A DNA stretch of 32,000 nucleotides, from NCBI RefSeq assembly GCF_003945235.1, contig NZ_RSDW01000001.1, forward strand, positions 4,500,001 to 4,532,000, in the 5' to 3' direction. How positions within the stretch are numbered: position 1 is the stretch's first letter; every line of letters starts with the position of its first letter. The notes beneath the pieces are model-generated. The model was not told where the DNA came from and did not search any database. It saw nothing but the letters and a program-made list of their open reading frames with translations. This document shows positions 1-8,457 of this stretch, one piece after another. The stretch is from Edaphobacter aggregans. Its GTDB lineage: Bacteria; Acidobacteriota; Terriglobia; Terriglobales; Acidobacteriaceae. The position numbers and the translations under genes are program-made.

Positions 1-192
1 GGCGGCAAGGAGCCGGGCGGAATCTGGATCACCATGCTGATTGGCATCGTCGGTTCCTTTATCGGAACATGGCTTGGCCGTTTGGTCGGTCACTATCAAC
101 CTGGCGAATCCGCTGGTTTCATTATGTCGTTGATCGGGGCTCTGATCCTGCTCGGCGTCTATCACTTCTTCAAACGCCGTCAAGCGACTTAG
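1..192 (+). CDS. GlsB/YeaQ/YmgE family small membrane protein (5' end cut by window edge)
   Basis: Frame 1 is open from the window edge to TAG at 190-192. Translation GGKEPGGIWITMLIGIVGSFIGTWLGRLVGHYQPGESAGFIMSLIGALILLGVYHFFKRRQAT shows two Gly-rich TM helices and resembles E. coli YeaQ. It is absent from the ORF track because it is truncated. Confidence 0.75.
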   Translation, partial: GGKEPGGIWITMLIGIVGSFIGTWLGRLVGHYQPGESAGFIMSLIGALILLGVYHFFKRRQAT

Positions 193-211
193 GGACGAAT
201 CGTTTAGGCCG

Positions 212-2656
212 TTAGCCGAGACGCTCGTGCATCATCTGATGCTCGACGGTCAGCCACCGTCCGTTCGCGGTATGCATCGCGCCGTTATTGGCGGTCGCGC
301 GCAGCATGGCACCGAAGTCCCTTGCGGGCGCGGGCCGCGAGATGAAGTTGCCCTGTGCCTCGTCGCACTTTCTGCGAACGAGAAAACGCAGCTGCTCGTC
401 TGTCTCGACGCCTTCGGCGACGACGCGGATGTTGAGTCCATGCGACATCGCAATGATTGTCCGTACGACCGCGGCTGCATTTGGATCCGTCCCTGCCTGT
501 TTCACAAAACTCTGGTCGATCTTCAGGCGGTCCACCTGATATTGCAGCAAGTATGAGAAGCTGCAGAACCCCGTGCCGAAGTCGTCGATCGAGATGCGCG
601 CTCCTAGCTCCCGGATTTTCTGCAGCTTGTCCAGATTCCCGCCGGAGTTCACCATCAGCATATTCTCGGTGATCTCGATCTCGAGACTCCGCGCCGCCAG
701 CCCGCTAGCCGCCAGCGAATTCTCGATGACTTGCACTAGATTCCTTTGCTGAAACTGCCGAGGAGAAAGATTCACCGACACCGTCAGATCCATCCCGAGC
801 TCATCCTGCAGCGCCTTCCCCTCGCGACACGCTGTCATGAATGCCCATTCGCCGATCGGCACAATCAGCCCCGTCTCTTCCGCCAGTGGAATGAACTGTG
901 CCGGAGATATCTCACCAAGTCTGGGGTGCGTCCATCGCAACAACGCCTCCATGCCTGTTACAGCGCCGGTTGTCAAAGAGATCTGCGGCTGATAGTGCAG
1001 GCTAAGCTCATGATTCGCGAGCGCATGACGCAACGCATGTTCCATCGACAACCTGTCCGCAGTCTCCTTCAGCATGTCTTCGCTGAAGATCTGGTGCTGG
1101 TTGCGCCCATTCTCTTTGGCCGCATACATCGCCGAATCAGCCCGTTTCAGCAAATGCTTCGCATCCGCAGCGAAGTCCGGATAGATGCACACGCCCACGC
1201 TCGCCGTCACATTTACCAGATGCTCGTCGATCGAAATCTCGGGCGAAAGTTTCGACACCAGATTCGCAGCGCACTGCTCCACGTCAGCCACGCTCGTAAT
1301 ATCCGGCATCACCACCACAAACTCATCTCCGCCCACCCGCGCCACAACATCCGTACTACGCACGGACCGGCGCAGCCTGTTTGCGGCCTCAACCAGAAGC
1401 TGGTCTCCCGCCGAATGGCCCAACGAGTCGTTGATTCGCTTGAACTGGTCCAGGTCGACCATGAAGACCGCAACCTTGGTCCCGTAGCGGCGCGCTCGCT
1501 CTACCGCTTCCACGGTACGGTCACGCAGCAAGGCACGGCCCAGCAGCCCGGTCAGTTGATCGTGCGTCGCCAGATGAGTCACATAGTCCAGCATCTGCCT
1601 GCGCTCAGTGATGTCGAACGCGATGCTCACGAAGCCAGTGATCTCGTCCGCATCCGAGGTCACCGCCCGCACCGCTAGGTTGATCGGAGTGCGCGTGCCA
1701 TCCCGCCGAATCAGCGTCCACTCCGTCTCTTCCATCTCGCCCGCTGCCACCCCGGCGGTCAGGATATCGAACCCATCCCGTAACCTCACGGCTCCGGAAT
1801 CGCCATCCCAAGCCTTTGCCGTCAACTCCCGTTCATCATGCAGGATCGTCAGGGGTGCTTTCCCAACCAGATCTTCACGGTGATAGCCGGTCAGTTTTTC
1901 AGCCGCGACATTCATGGCAGTGATCAGGCCACGTGTATCGGTCGCCACAATGCTAAAAGGGGCGTTCTGAAAGACCGAGTCGGTGAACTCGACCAGATGC
2001 TCGTAGCGCTCTTGCGTCTCCTTCGACTCGCTGATGTCGCTGCATGTGATGGCGAGGCCGTCCCCTAGTTTCACGACCTGATACCGCACCCACGAGGCGT
2101 TAAGCTGCCCCTGAGTCACAGGAAACTCTTCGCTCAACGGCACTCCGGTCTCCACCACCTTACGATAACGATCGAACAAGCCACCCGGCCGGTTGCTCGG
2201 CATCATCGTCGAGAACATCTGCCCCAACAGCTGCGACCGTGTCTTTCCGGTCATCTTTTCCGCATTGGCATTTACATATTGAATGCGAAAGTCGATGATT
2301 GTGTCCGACTTATCCCTTACCGCTTCGAAGATCGAGAATGCATCAAGGCTCGTCTCGGCGGCGGCCAGAAATTTGGAGTGCGCTTCGGCCGCTCCTTTGC
2401 GTGCAACATTCCGATTATTCTCCTGCCACAACGACCATAACGCCGACAACACACCCACGCCTGCGACCGAGGAAAGGACTCCGGCGTAAAGGGAATGATT
2501 CTGCCGAGAGATCACACCAAGCGCCAGGCACACCGGCACAGTCATTAAGCCCGTCTTCCAAACCCACGCTCGTGGGGAGTCGAACGCCCAAGACTTCAAG
2601 TAGAACCTCAAGATACGGAATCTGCCGGGAGAAGAAAATATAGCTTTTCTGGCCAA
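212..2656 (-). CDS. Membrane-anchored PAS-PAS-GGDEF-EAL protein (c-di-GMP cyclase/phosphodiesterase)
   Basis: 814-aa ORF with two N-terminal TM helices and two PAS-like segments. It carries an intact RVGGDEFVV (GGDEF) motif and the EAL-domain motifs EALLRW, DDFGTGF and AEGVETDEQ. The track start is TTG at 2656 with no SD; an alternative ATG (MTVPV...) lies at 2545. Confidence 0.9.
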   Translation of the reverse strand: MARKAIFSSPGRFRILRFYLKSWAFDSPRAWVWKTGLMTVPVCLALGVISRQNHSLYAGVLSSVAGVGVLSALWSLWQENNRNVARKGAAEAHSKFLAAAETSLDAFSIFEAVRDKSDTIIDFRIQYVNANAEKMTGKTRSQLLGQMFSTMMPSNRPGGLFDRYRKVVETGVPLSEEFPVTQGQLNASWVRYQVVKLGDGLAITCSDISESKETQERYEHLVEFTDSVFQNAPFSIVATDTRGLITAMNVAAEKLTGYHREDLVGKAPLTILHDERELTAKAWDGDSGAVRLRDGFDILTAGVAAGEMEETEWTLIRRDGTRTPINLAVRAVTSDADEITGFVSIAFDITERRQMLDYVTHLATHDQLTGLLGRALLRDRTVEAVERARRYGTKVAVFMVDLDQFKRINDSLGHSAGDQLLVEAANRLRRSVRSTDVVARVGGDEFVVVMPDITSVADVEQCAANLVSKLSPEISIDEHLVNVTASVGVCIYPDFAADAKHLLKRADSAMYAAKENGRNQHQIFSEDMLKETADRLSMEHALRHALANHELSLHYQPQISLTTGAVTGMEALLRWTHPRLGEISPAQFIPLAEETGLIVPIGEWAFMTACREGKALQDELGMDLTVSVNLSPRQFQQRNLVQVIENSLAASGLAARSLEIEITENMLMVNSGGNLDKLQKIRELGARISIDDFGTGFCSFSYLLQYQVDRLKIDQSFVKQAGTDPNAAAVVRTIIAMSHGLNIRVVAEGVETDEQLRFLVRRKCDEAQGNFISRPAPARDFGAMLRATANNGAMHTANGRWLTVEHQMMHERLG

Positions 2657-2659
2657 TTA

Positions 2660-2737
2660 TCAGCGTAATTGATCCGGGTTCTTAGTTCCTGAGTGGAACG
2701 TACCATCTGGAGAATTGTTTTCAAAGTTTTTTCCCAT
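2660..2737 (-). CDS. Candidate 25-aa upstream ORF / leader peptide (MGKNFENNSPDGTFHSGTKNPDQLR)
   Basis: ATG at 2737 is preceded by AAGGAG (taataaaaggagtggctattcATG). Its stop TGA (2662-2660) is followed by TAA and then directly by the TTG start of the GGDEF-EAL ORF. It is below the ORF-track cutoff and has no recognisable homology. Confidence 0.25.
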   Translation of the reverse strand: MGKNFENNSPDGTFHSGTKNPDQLR

Positions 2738-2812
2738 GAATAGCCACTCCTTTTATTAGCAGGGTTGAGTCAACCTTCTTTTTCTCAGCTACTTCGCACT
2801 CAATTTCGTCAT

Positions 2813-3790
2813 TTATTTGCCTTTCAATAGAACCGGCGACTTTAAATCTTCCGGTGCCATCCATCCGTGGATTTGCATCCAGTTCGCTACCAGTGTCGGG
2901 TAGATGGCCAGTTCCGGTGCGCGGGTCAATCCCTGCGCCATGCCTGCGCCGTGCGATCCGCGTTCGAAGATATGGAGCTCAGCCGGCACCCCCGCCCGAT
3001 TCAAAGCGTTATAGAAGGCCGTTGAATTCATCGCGTTTACCGTTTCATCTCCCGTGGTCGCAAAAAGGAAGCATGGCGGAGTGTCTTTCGTCACCCGGCG
3101 CTCGACCGATACAGTATCGAGCATCGCCTGCGTCGGATGCGCCCCGATCAGACCCTCCAGACTCGTCTTGCGCGGAATCGTCGGGTCCAGACTCAGCCGG
3201 GCATAGGAAAGAATCGCAAAGTCCGGCCGGCTGCTCACTCTTTCGATCGGGTCAGGAGAGTTGGTGTTGCCGTCGTCATTTGTCGTCGCCAGGTAGGCCG
3301 CCAGATGTCCGCCAGCCGAGAATCCCCACAGGCCAATCTTGTCTTTCGCGATTCCCATCTCCATCGCATGGCTTCGCACGTACCGAATCGCCCGGGCTGC
3401 ATCCAGCATCGGGGAAGGGAAACCGTACCTCGGTCCCAGCCGGTACTCCAGCACGAATGCCGTGACGCCATGCTCGTTGAGCCACCGCGCTTCGTCGCCG
3501 CCTTCCTTCTCCATCGACAGATTTCTGTACCCGCCTCCGGGCATCACGATTACCGCCGAGCGCACCCCAGCCCCTGTCGCTGGATACACATACAGCTTCG
3601 GGACATCGGCCTCACCCTTGCCCAGCGCGCCGGGAGCGCCGTTTGGCCAAAGCACCACCGTTCGTTCGGATCCCTTCGGCGTCTTCACGGCGGGGACAGG
3701 CGCAGCCGCAACCGGCAGCACATGATTGGCGCCAAAAAGCCAAAGGCAAAGGCAGCCAAGCCCTGCAATCGAGACAAACGTTAGTTTCAT
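2813..3790 (-). CDS. Secreted alpha/beta hydrolase (esterase/lipase, acetyl-esterase/BD-FAE-like)
   Basis: 325 aa with an N-terminal signal peptide (MKLTFVSIAGLGCLCLWLF...). It has the nucleophile elbow GFSAGGH, and downstream TTGDETV (Asp) and GSHGAG (His) complete a Ser-Asp-His triad pattern. Confidence 0.85.
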   Translation of the reverse strand: MKLTFVSIAGLGCLCLWLFGANHVLPVAAAPVPAVKTPKGSERTVVLWPNGAPGALGKGEADVPKLYVYPATGAGVRSAVIVMPGGGYRNLSMEKEGGDEARWLNEHGVTAFVLEYRLGPRYGFPSPMLDAARAIRYVRSHAMEMGIAKDKIGLWGFSAGGHLAAYLATTNDDGNTNSPDPIERVSSRPDFAILSYARLSLDPTIPRKTSLEGLIGAHPTQAMLDTVSVERRVTKDTPPCFLFATTGDETVNAMNSTAFYNALNRAGVPAELHIFERGSHGAGMAQGLTRAPELAIYPTLVANWMQIHGWMAPEDLKSPVLLKGK

Positions 3791-3914
3791 TGTGCCGTCA
3801 GCATAACCCCTACTACGCTATACAGAAATGAAAAAATCACATGTCCGAGCAAAACTGGTCGGGCATAATTGGTAGCGGCTGAAACACACCATCGCCAAAG
3901 GCGTCTAACCTCAC

Positions 3915-5081
3915 ATGAAGTCCCTCCTGCTCGCCTGTCTCTTTGGGTCGCTTGCAACCGCCCTTCTCGGCCAGTCGCAATCTGCTGTTCCGCCCCAATC
4001 CGCCTCGGATCAGACCCCCGCCTCAACCGCTCCTACCATCGCCGTCGATGCCCGCCTCGTCAATCTGCCTGTCGTCGTCCGCGACAAGAAGGGCGCGCTG
4101 GTCCAGAACCTCACCAAAGACGACTTCACCCTCCAGGTCGACGGCCACCCCCAGACCATCCGCTACTTCGACATCGACAAAAACCTCCCTATGACTCTCG
4201 GCCTGCTCGTTGATACGAGCCTCAGCCAGCGCGACGTCATCGATGAAGAGCGTACTGCCAGCAGCGCCTTCCTTGACCAGATGCTCACCACGCCAAAAGA
4301 TCAGGCCTTTGTCATCCAGTTCGCCCGCCAGGTCGAGCTCCTCCAGGACCTTACCTCATCCCGCCCCAAGCTCCAGGCTGCACTCAAAGACATCGACACA
4401 CCGAGCGCCAATAGTGGCTCTTCGGGCGATCCAAATGACTCCGGCACAGACTCGGAAGGCCGCCGCAGACGCACCGGTGGAACCGCCCTCTACGACGCCG
4501 CCTTCCTCGCCTCCGACGAACTGATGAGCAAGCAGAAAGGCCGCAAAGCTCTCATCATCCTCTCCGATGGCGTCGACAACGGCAGCAAGGAGACCCTGAC
4601 CAAGGCCCTTGAAGCTACCCAGCGCGCCGACACCATCATCTACGCTATCTACTTCAAGGGGCAGGAACATGGGGGCTTTGGCAATCCCTCGCATGGCGGC
4701 GGCTTTCCCGGTGGCCGTGGCGGCGGTTATCCCGGCGGAGGCTACCCCGGCGGCCGCGGCGGCGGGTACCCCGGTGGAGGTTATCCGGGAGGGGGCGGTA
4801 GCGGCCGCGGCGGTGGCGGCGGTCAGGGCAGCCACATCGACGGCAAGAAGGTTCTGCAGCAAATGGCCGACGAGACCGGTGGCCGTCTCTTTGAGGTCAG
4901 CAAGAAGCAGAACGTTGCCCAGATCTACAACCAGATCGCCGAAGAGCTTCGCGCCCAGTACCGTCTCGGCTACACGCCTGACCAGGCTGCGGCCGCCGAC
5001 GGATATCACCAGCTCGAGCTAACCACTCATCGCAAAGACCTTATCGTCCAGACCCGCGACGGATACTACACCGGCAAGTAG
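3915..5081 (+). CDS. VWA domain protein of the acidobacterial VWFA-related family (TIGR03436-like), secreted
   Basis: 388 aa with a signal peptide. The family-typical N-terminus is IAVDARLVNLPVVVRDKKGALVQNLTKDDFTLQVDGHPQTIRYFD, the MIDAS-like motif is LLVDTSLSQ, and the C-terminus is YRLGYTP...YH. A Gly-rich insertion lies inside the VWA fold. Confidence 0.8.
   Translation: MKSLLLACLFGSLATALLGQSQSAVPPQSASDQTPASTAPTIAVDARLVNLPVVVRDKKGALVQNLTKDDFTLQVDGHPQTIRYFDIDKNLPMTLGLLVDTSLSQRDVIDEERTASSAFLDQMLTTPKDQAFVIQFARQVELLQDLTSSRPKLQAALKDIDTPSANSGSSGDPNDSGTDSEGRRRRTGGTALYDAAFLASDELMSKQKGRKALIILSDGVDNGSKETLTKALEATQRADTIIYAIYFKGQEHGGFGNPSHGGGFPGGRGGGYPGGGYPGGRGGGYPGGGYPGGGGSGRGGGGGQGSHIDGKKVLQQMADETGGRLFEVSKKQNVAQIYNQIAEELRAQYRLGYTPDQAAAADGYHQLELTTHRKDLIVQTRDGYYTGK
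4671..4829 (+). repeat. In-frame Gly-rich tandem repeat (GGFPGGRGGGYPGGGYPGGRGGGYPGGGYPGGGGSGRGGGGGQG) inside the VWA gene
   Basis: Repeated ggc/ggt-rich units encoding G-G-[YF]-P-G-G and R-G-G-G are visible directly in the DNA and the translation. Confidence 0.8.
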
Positions 5082-5210
5082 CCACGAAACTCGCCATAAG
5101 GCAGCCCTAACCGTCGCAGACACCATCTTTGCGTCCGGCACTGCCCTTCATGCATCATTTCTATTGGGGGGAGCTCTCTTTTGGAGCGCCCAGGAAGGCC
5201 CCGCACTCTC

Positions 5211-5717
5211 ATGTTCTCCATCTCTCGCAACATCCTCGCAGGCGCTGTGCTTATCCTCACCATGGTGCCCCTCTCGCATGCCCAGAACGTCCCCTTCGTC
5301 AAAAAGCATCTCTATTCCGAGACTGCCAATCCCACTGCCGACATCGCTGCTGCCCTCAAGCAGGCGCGAGCCGAACACAAGCGCGTCATCCTCGACTTTG
5401 GCGGAGACTGGTGCGGCGACTGCCAGGTCCTCGACATCTACATGCACCAAAGCCCCAACGCTGAGCTCCTCGCGAAGCACTTCATCGTCGTCCACGTCGA
5501 CATCGGCCAGATGGACCACAACGTCGCCGTCGCCGAGAAATACAAGGTACCGATCAAAAAGGGCGTACCTGCTCTCGCCGTCCTCGACGCCCACGGCAAC
5601 CTCCTCTATTCGCAGGCGAACAAAGAGTTCGAGAACATGCGCAATATGCGGTCCGAAGACGTCACCGCCTTCCTCAACAAATGGAAGGCTCATCCAGCTC
5701 CTACGCCGAAAGCTTAA
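5211..5717 (+). CDS. Secreted thioredoxin-fold protein (WCGDC active site)
   Basis: ATG at 5211 gives the signal peptide MFSISRNILAGAVLILTMVPLSHAQ (the track start TTG 5181 adds 10 unlikely residues). DFGGDWCGDCQVLD contains a CxxC thioredoxin-type motif. Confidence 0.8.
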   Translation: MFSISRNILAGAVLILTMVPLSHAQNVPFVKKHLYSETANPTADIAAALKQARAEHKRVILDFGGDWCGDCQVLDIYMHQSPNAELLAKHFIVVHVDIGQMDHNVAVAEKYKVPIKKGVPALAVLDAHGNLLYSQANKEFENMRNMRSEDVTAFLNKWKAHPAPTPKA

Positions 5718-6628
5718 CCGTCTGCCGCGCGAGCCTGTATCCTTACGGGCAAGTGAGACGATTCCTTCGCATCCCGGTCATCCTCCAACGTGCGGTTCTT
5801 CGCGCGGTAGACCACGACTGTTTCAACCTCTCACAGTCGGCAGCCTACTCCGCCATGGTCGCACTCTTCCCGGCCCTCATCGTGGCTGCAACGATCATTG
5901 CGCTTCTACCTGACACGGCACCCGTCCGCTCTCAACTTGGCGCTTTCTTCAACCGCATCATCCCGCCTTACGTCATACCAATCCTTCAGAGCTACTTCGA
6001 TCCCACACCGCCCCATCACCCTAGTTCTTCGCATCTCCTCGTACCCGCCCTGGTTGTCTCAATCACCGGAGCGTCCAGCGTCATCGCAACCTTTATGGAA
6101 GGTATCCGCCGGGCCAATCGTCTCCCCGCGGACTGCTGGACCTTTATCGGACGCCGAGTCCGCGCCTTTGCTCTAGTCCCGCTCTCGCTCGTCCCTCTTG
6201 CCATCGCCAGCTCACTCGTCGTCTTCGGCCATTTCATCACGACCTGGATCGCCCTGCACGTCATGCCCTCGGTCCGTACCCCCGTCTTCATCGTCGCGCT
6301 GATCATCCGCTGGACAGTTGCCCTCGCCGGCAGCGTCTGCCTCATCGCCCTCATCTACAACATGGGCACCCCTCTGCGGCAACCCTGGCGCAAAGTCCTT
6401 CCAGGAGCCTTCATCGCGACTGTCATGTGGTTCGTTGCCACCCTCACCTTCGGCTGGTACGTCACCCGTTTTGCGAACTATACCCGAGTCTACGGTTCCC
6501 TCGGCGCGGCCATCGCTCTTCTCTTCTGGCTCGACATCATCTCCCTCTGTGTCATCTGCGGGGCCGAGTTCAATCACGAGTACAACGCCCACTTTTCGCC
6601 CACTATTCACACCCATTCAAACGCTTAA
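5681..6628 (+). CDS. YihY/BrkB (virulence factor BrkB / RNase BN-like) family membrane protein
   Basis: 315 aa with about 6 TM helices, the family-typical N-terminus ...DHDCFNLSQSAAYSAMVALFPALI and the C-terminal LFWLDIISLCVICGAEFN. It overlaps the upstream gene by 37 nt. An alternative in-frame GTG at 5753 would remove the overlap. Confidence 0.85.
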   Translation: MEGSSSSYAESLTVCRASLYPYGQVRRFLRIPVILQRAVLRAVDHDCFNLSQSAAYSAMVALFPALIVAATIIALLPDTAPVRSQLGAFFNRIIPPYVIPILQSYFDPTPPHHPSSSHLLVPALVVSITGASSVIATFMEGIRRANRLPADCWTFIGRRVRAFALVPLSLVPLAIASSLVVFGHFITTWIALHVMPSVRTPVFIVALIIRWTVALAGSVCLIALIYNMGTPLRQPWRKVLPGAFIATVMWFVATLTFGWYVTRFANYTRVYGSLGAAIALLFWLDIISLCVICGAEFNHEYNAHFSPTIHTHSNA

Positions 6629-6737
6629 AAGCCACACACACCATTTCACGGGTAAAATTGCCAACGGCACCTAAACTCACGGTCATACCATCCGGTTCAA
6701 CCCGTGGTGGTGGGAAAGATAGCGAACAAGCGATCTC

Positions 6738-8270
6738 ATGAATACTTTTTTGAATAATGCCTCTCCTGCTACATCAGAGCGCACACGTCGCGCTAAGATC
6801 GTCGGCACCCTCGGCCCTGCTTGTAGCTCCATCGAGGTCTTCCGCCAACTTGTTCGCGCCGGTCTGGACGTAGCTCGCCTCAACTTTTCCCATGGCAGCC
6901 ACGCCCAGAAGGCCGAGCTCATCCGCATGGTCCGCACCGTAGCGAAAGATGAAGGCAAGCCCATCTGCATCCTCGCCGACCTGCAGGGCCCCAAGATTCG
7001 CACCGGCAAGCTCAAGGGACACAAGCCAGTCCAACTCGTCGCAGGTAAGCTCCTCACCATCACTCCACGCGAGATCGAAGGCACCGCCTCTCTCGTCGGC
7101 ACCACCTTCAAGACACTCGCCGAAAACCTCGAGCCCGGCTCCCGCATCTTGCTCTCCGACGGCCTCATCGAACTCCACGTCGACCACGTCAAAGGCGCCG
7201 ATGTCGTCTGCCAGATCATCAACGGCGGCATGCTGGGCGAGAACAAAGGCATCAATCTCCCCGGCATCCCCGTCAAGGTCCCCTCACTCACCGAGAAGGA
7301 TGAAGAAGATCTCGTCTTCGCCATCGGCCAGGGCGTCGACACCATCGCCGTCTCCTTCGTCCGCACCGCCGACGACATCCGCCACGTCAAGAACCGCCTC
7401 GCCGCGCTCAACTCCGACGCCTGGATCATCGCCAAGCTCGAGAAGCCCCAGGCCATCGAACATCTCGACAGCATCCTCGAAGTCACCGACGCCATCATGG
7501 TTGCTCGCGGCGATCTAGGCGTCGAGGTTCCACCCGAAAAAGTTCCCGCCATCCAGAAGCACATCATTCGTCGCGCAGCCGAGTATCGCAAGCCTGTCAT
7601 CACAGCTACGCAGATGCTCGAGTCGATGATTGAGAACCCGCGCCCCACTCGTGCCGAGGCCTCTGACGTCGCCAACGCCATCTACGACGGCACCGACTCC
7701 GTCATGCTCTCCGCCGAAACCGCCGCCGGCAAGTACCCGGTCGAAGCGGTCACCATGATGGCCAAGATCGTCGCCGAGACCGAGCAGCAAATCCGCCTCG
7801 ATCCGCCAGCTTCGCTCGCCCATCATCCCAGCGTTCGCCTCTCCATCGCCGAGACCATCTGCGAGTGCATGGCGCACGCCGCAGACGATCTCGACGTTGC
7901 TGCCATCGCCATCTTCACCGAGACCGGCAGCACCGCACGCCTGCTCTCCAAGTACCACCCCGATCCGCCGATCATCGCTCTCTCGCCCTTTGAGGCGGTC
8001 ATCAACCGTTCCATGCTGCTCTGGGGCACCTACCCCATCCTCTGCGACCGCTTCCAGGACACAGACATGCTGGTCAACATGGCCGAAGATCTCCTCGAAG
8101 CCCACGGCCACGTCCAGCAGCGCCAGATCGTCGGTATCGTAGCCGGAACCCGCACCAAATCCGGTGCCACCAACTTCATGCGCCTCCACATGGTCGGCGA
8201 CCGTGACACTGACCCTCCGACCCCGAAGCCCAAGGCGAAGAAGAAAGTGGCCAAAGCAAAAAAACGTTGA
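6738..8270 (+). CDS. pyk: Pyruvate kinase with a Lys-rich C-terminal tail
   Basis: 510 aa. Motifs RRAKIVGTLGPAC, ARLNFSHG, MVARGDLGVE and TQMLESM are canonical PK motifs. The last ~22 aa (DRDTDPPTPKPKAKKKVAKAKKR) lie beyond the normal C-terminal domain. Confidence 0.95.
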   Translation: MNTFLNNASPATSERTRRAKIVGTLGPACSSIEVFRQLVRAGLDVARLNFSHGSHAQKAELIRMVRTVAKDEGKPICILADLQGPKIRTGKLKGHKPVQLVAGKLLTITPREIEGTASLVGTTFKTLAENLEPGSRILLSDGLIELHVDHVKGADVVCQIINGGMLGENKGINLPGIPVKVPSLTEKDEEDLVFAIGQGVDTIAVSFVRTADDIRHVKNRLAALNSDAWIIAKLEKPQAIEHLDSILEVTDAIMVARGDLGVEVPPEKVPAIQKHIIRRAAEYRKPVITATQMLESMIENPRPTRAEASDVANAIYDGTDSVMLSAETAAGKYPVEAVTMMAKIVAETEQQIRLDPPASLAHHPSVRLSIAETICECMAHAADDLDVAAIAIFTETGSTARLLSKYHPDPPIIALSPFEAVINRSMLLWGTYPILCDRFQDTDMLVNMAEDLLEAHGHVQQRQIVGIVAGTRTKSGATNFMRLHMVGDRDTDPPTPKPKAKKKVAKAKKR

Positions 8271-8296
8271 TCACCGCGATAGAAACCTCCGAACCG

Positions 8297-8326
8297 AAAA
8301 CCGTCCCAATCCGGGGCGGTTTTTTC
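8297..8326 (+). terminator. Rho-independent terminator after pyk
   Basis: aaaaccgtccc-aatcc-ggggcggtttt forms an 11-bp stem with one G.U pair, followed by a T-run. Confidence 0.7.
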
Positions 8327-8457
8327 GTCTTATCTGCTCGAACCGCGTATGAATGGCTTGTGAATACGCATGGTTCGCGTTACCCTGTGGCCATCTGAGC
8401 ATTCTGTACTCGGCCTTCCAACATACAACCTGCTTATACGCGCCTCAGGAGCCAATC

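Noticed and set aside
746-1678. 310-aa + strand ORF
   Set aside because: It is antisense to the GGDEF-EAL gene, whose motifs are unambiguous. Its composition is shadow-ORF-like.
4356-5009. 217-aa minus-strand Ala/Gly-rich ORF
   Set aside because: It is the mirror image of the Gly-rich repeat inside the VWA gene and is not independent coding.
6683-8189. 332-aa and 224-aa minus-strand ORFs
   Set aside because: They are antisense to pyruvate kinase, M/S/R-rich or G/D/V-rich, with no motifs.
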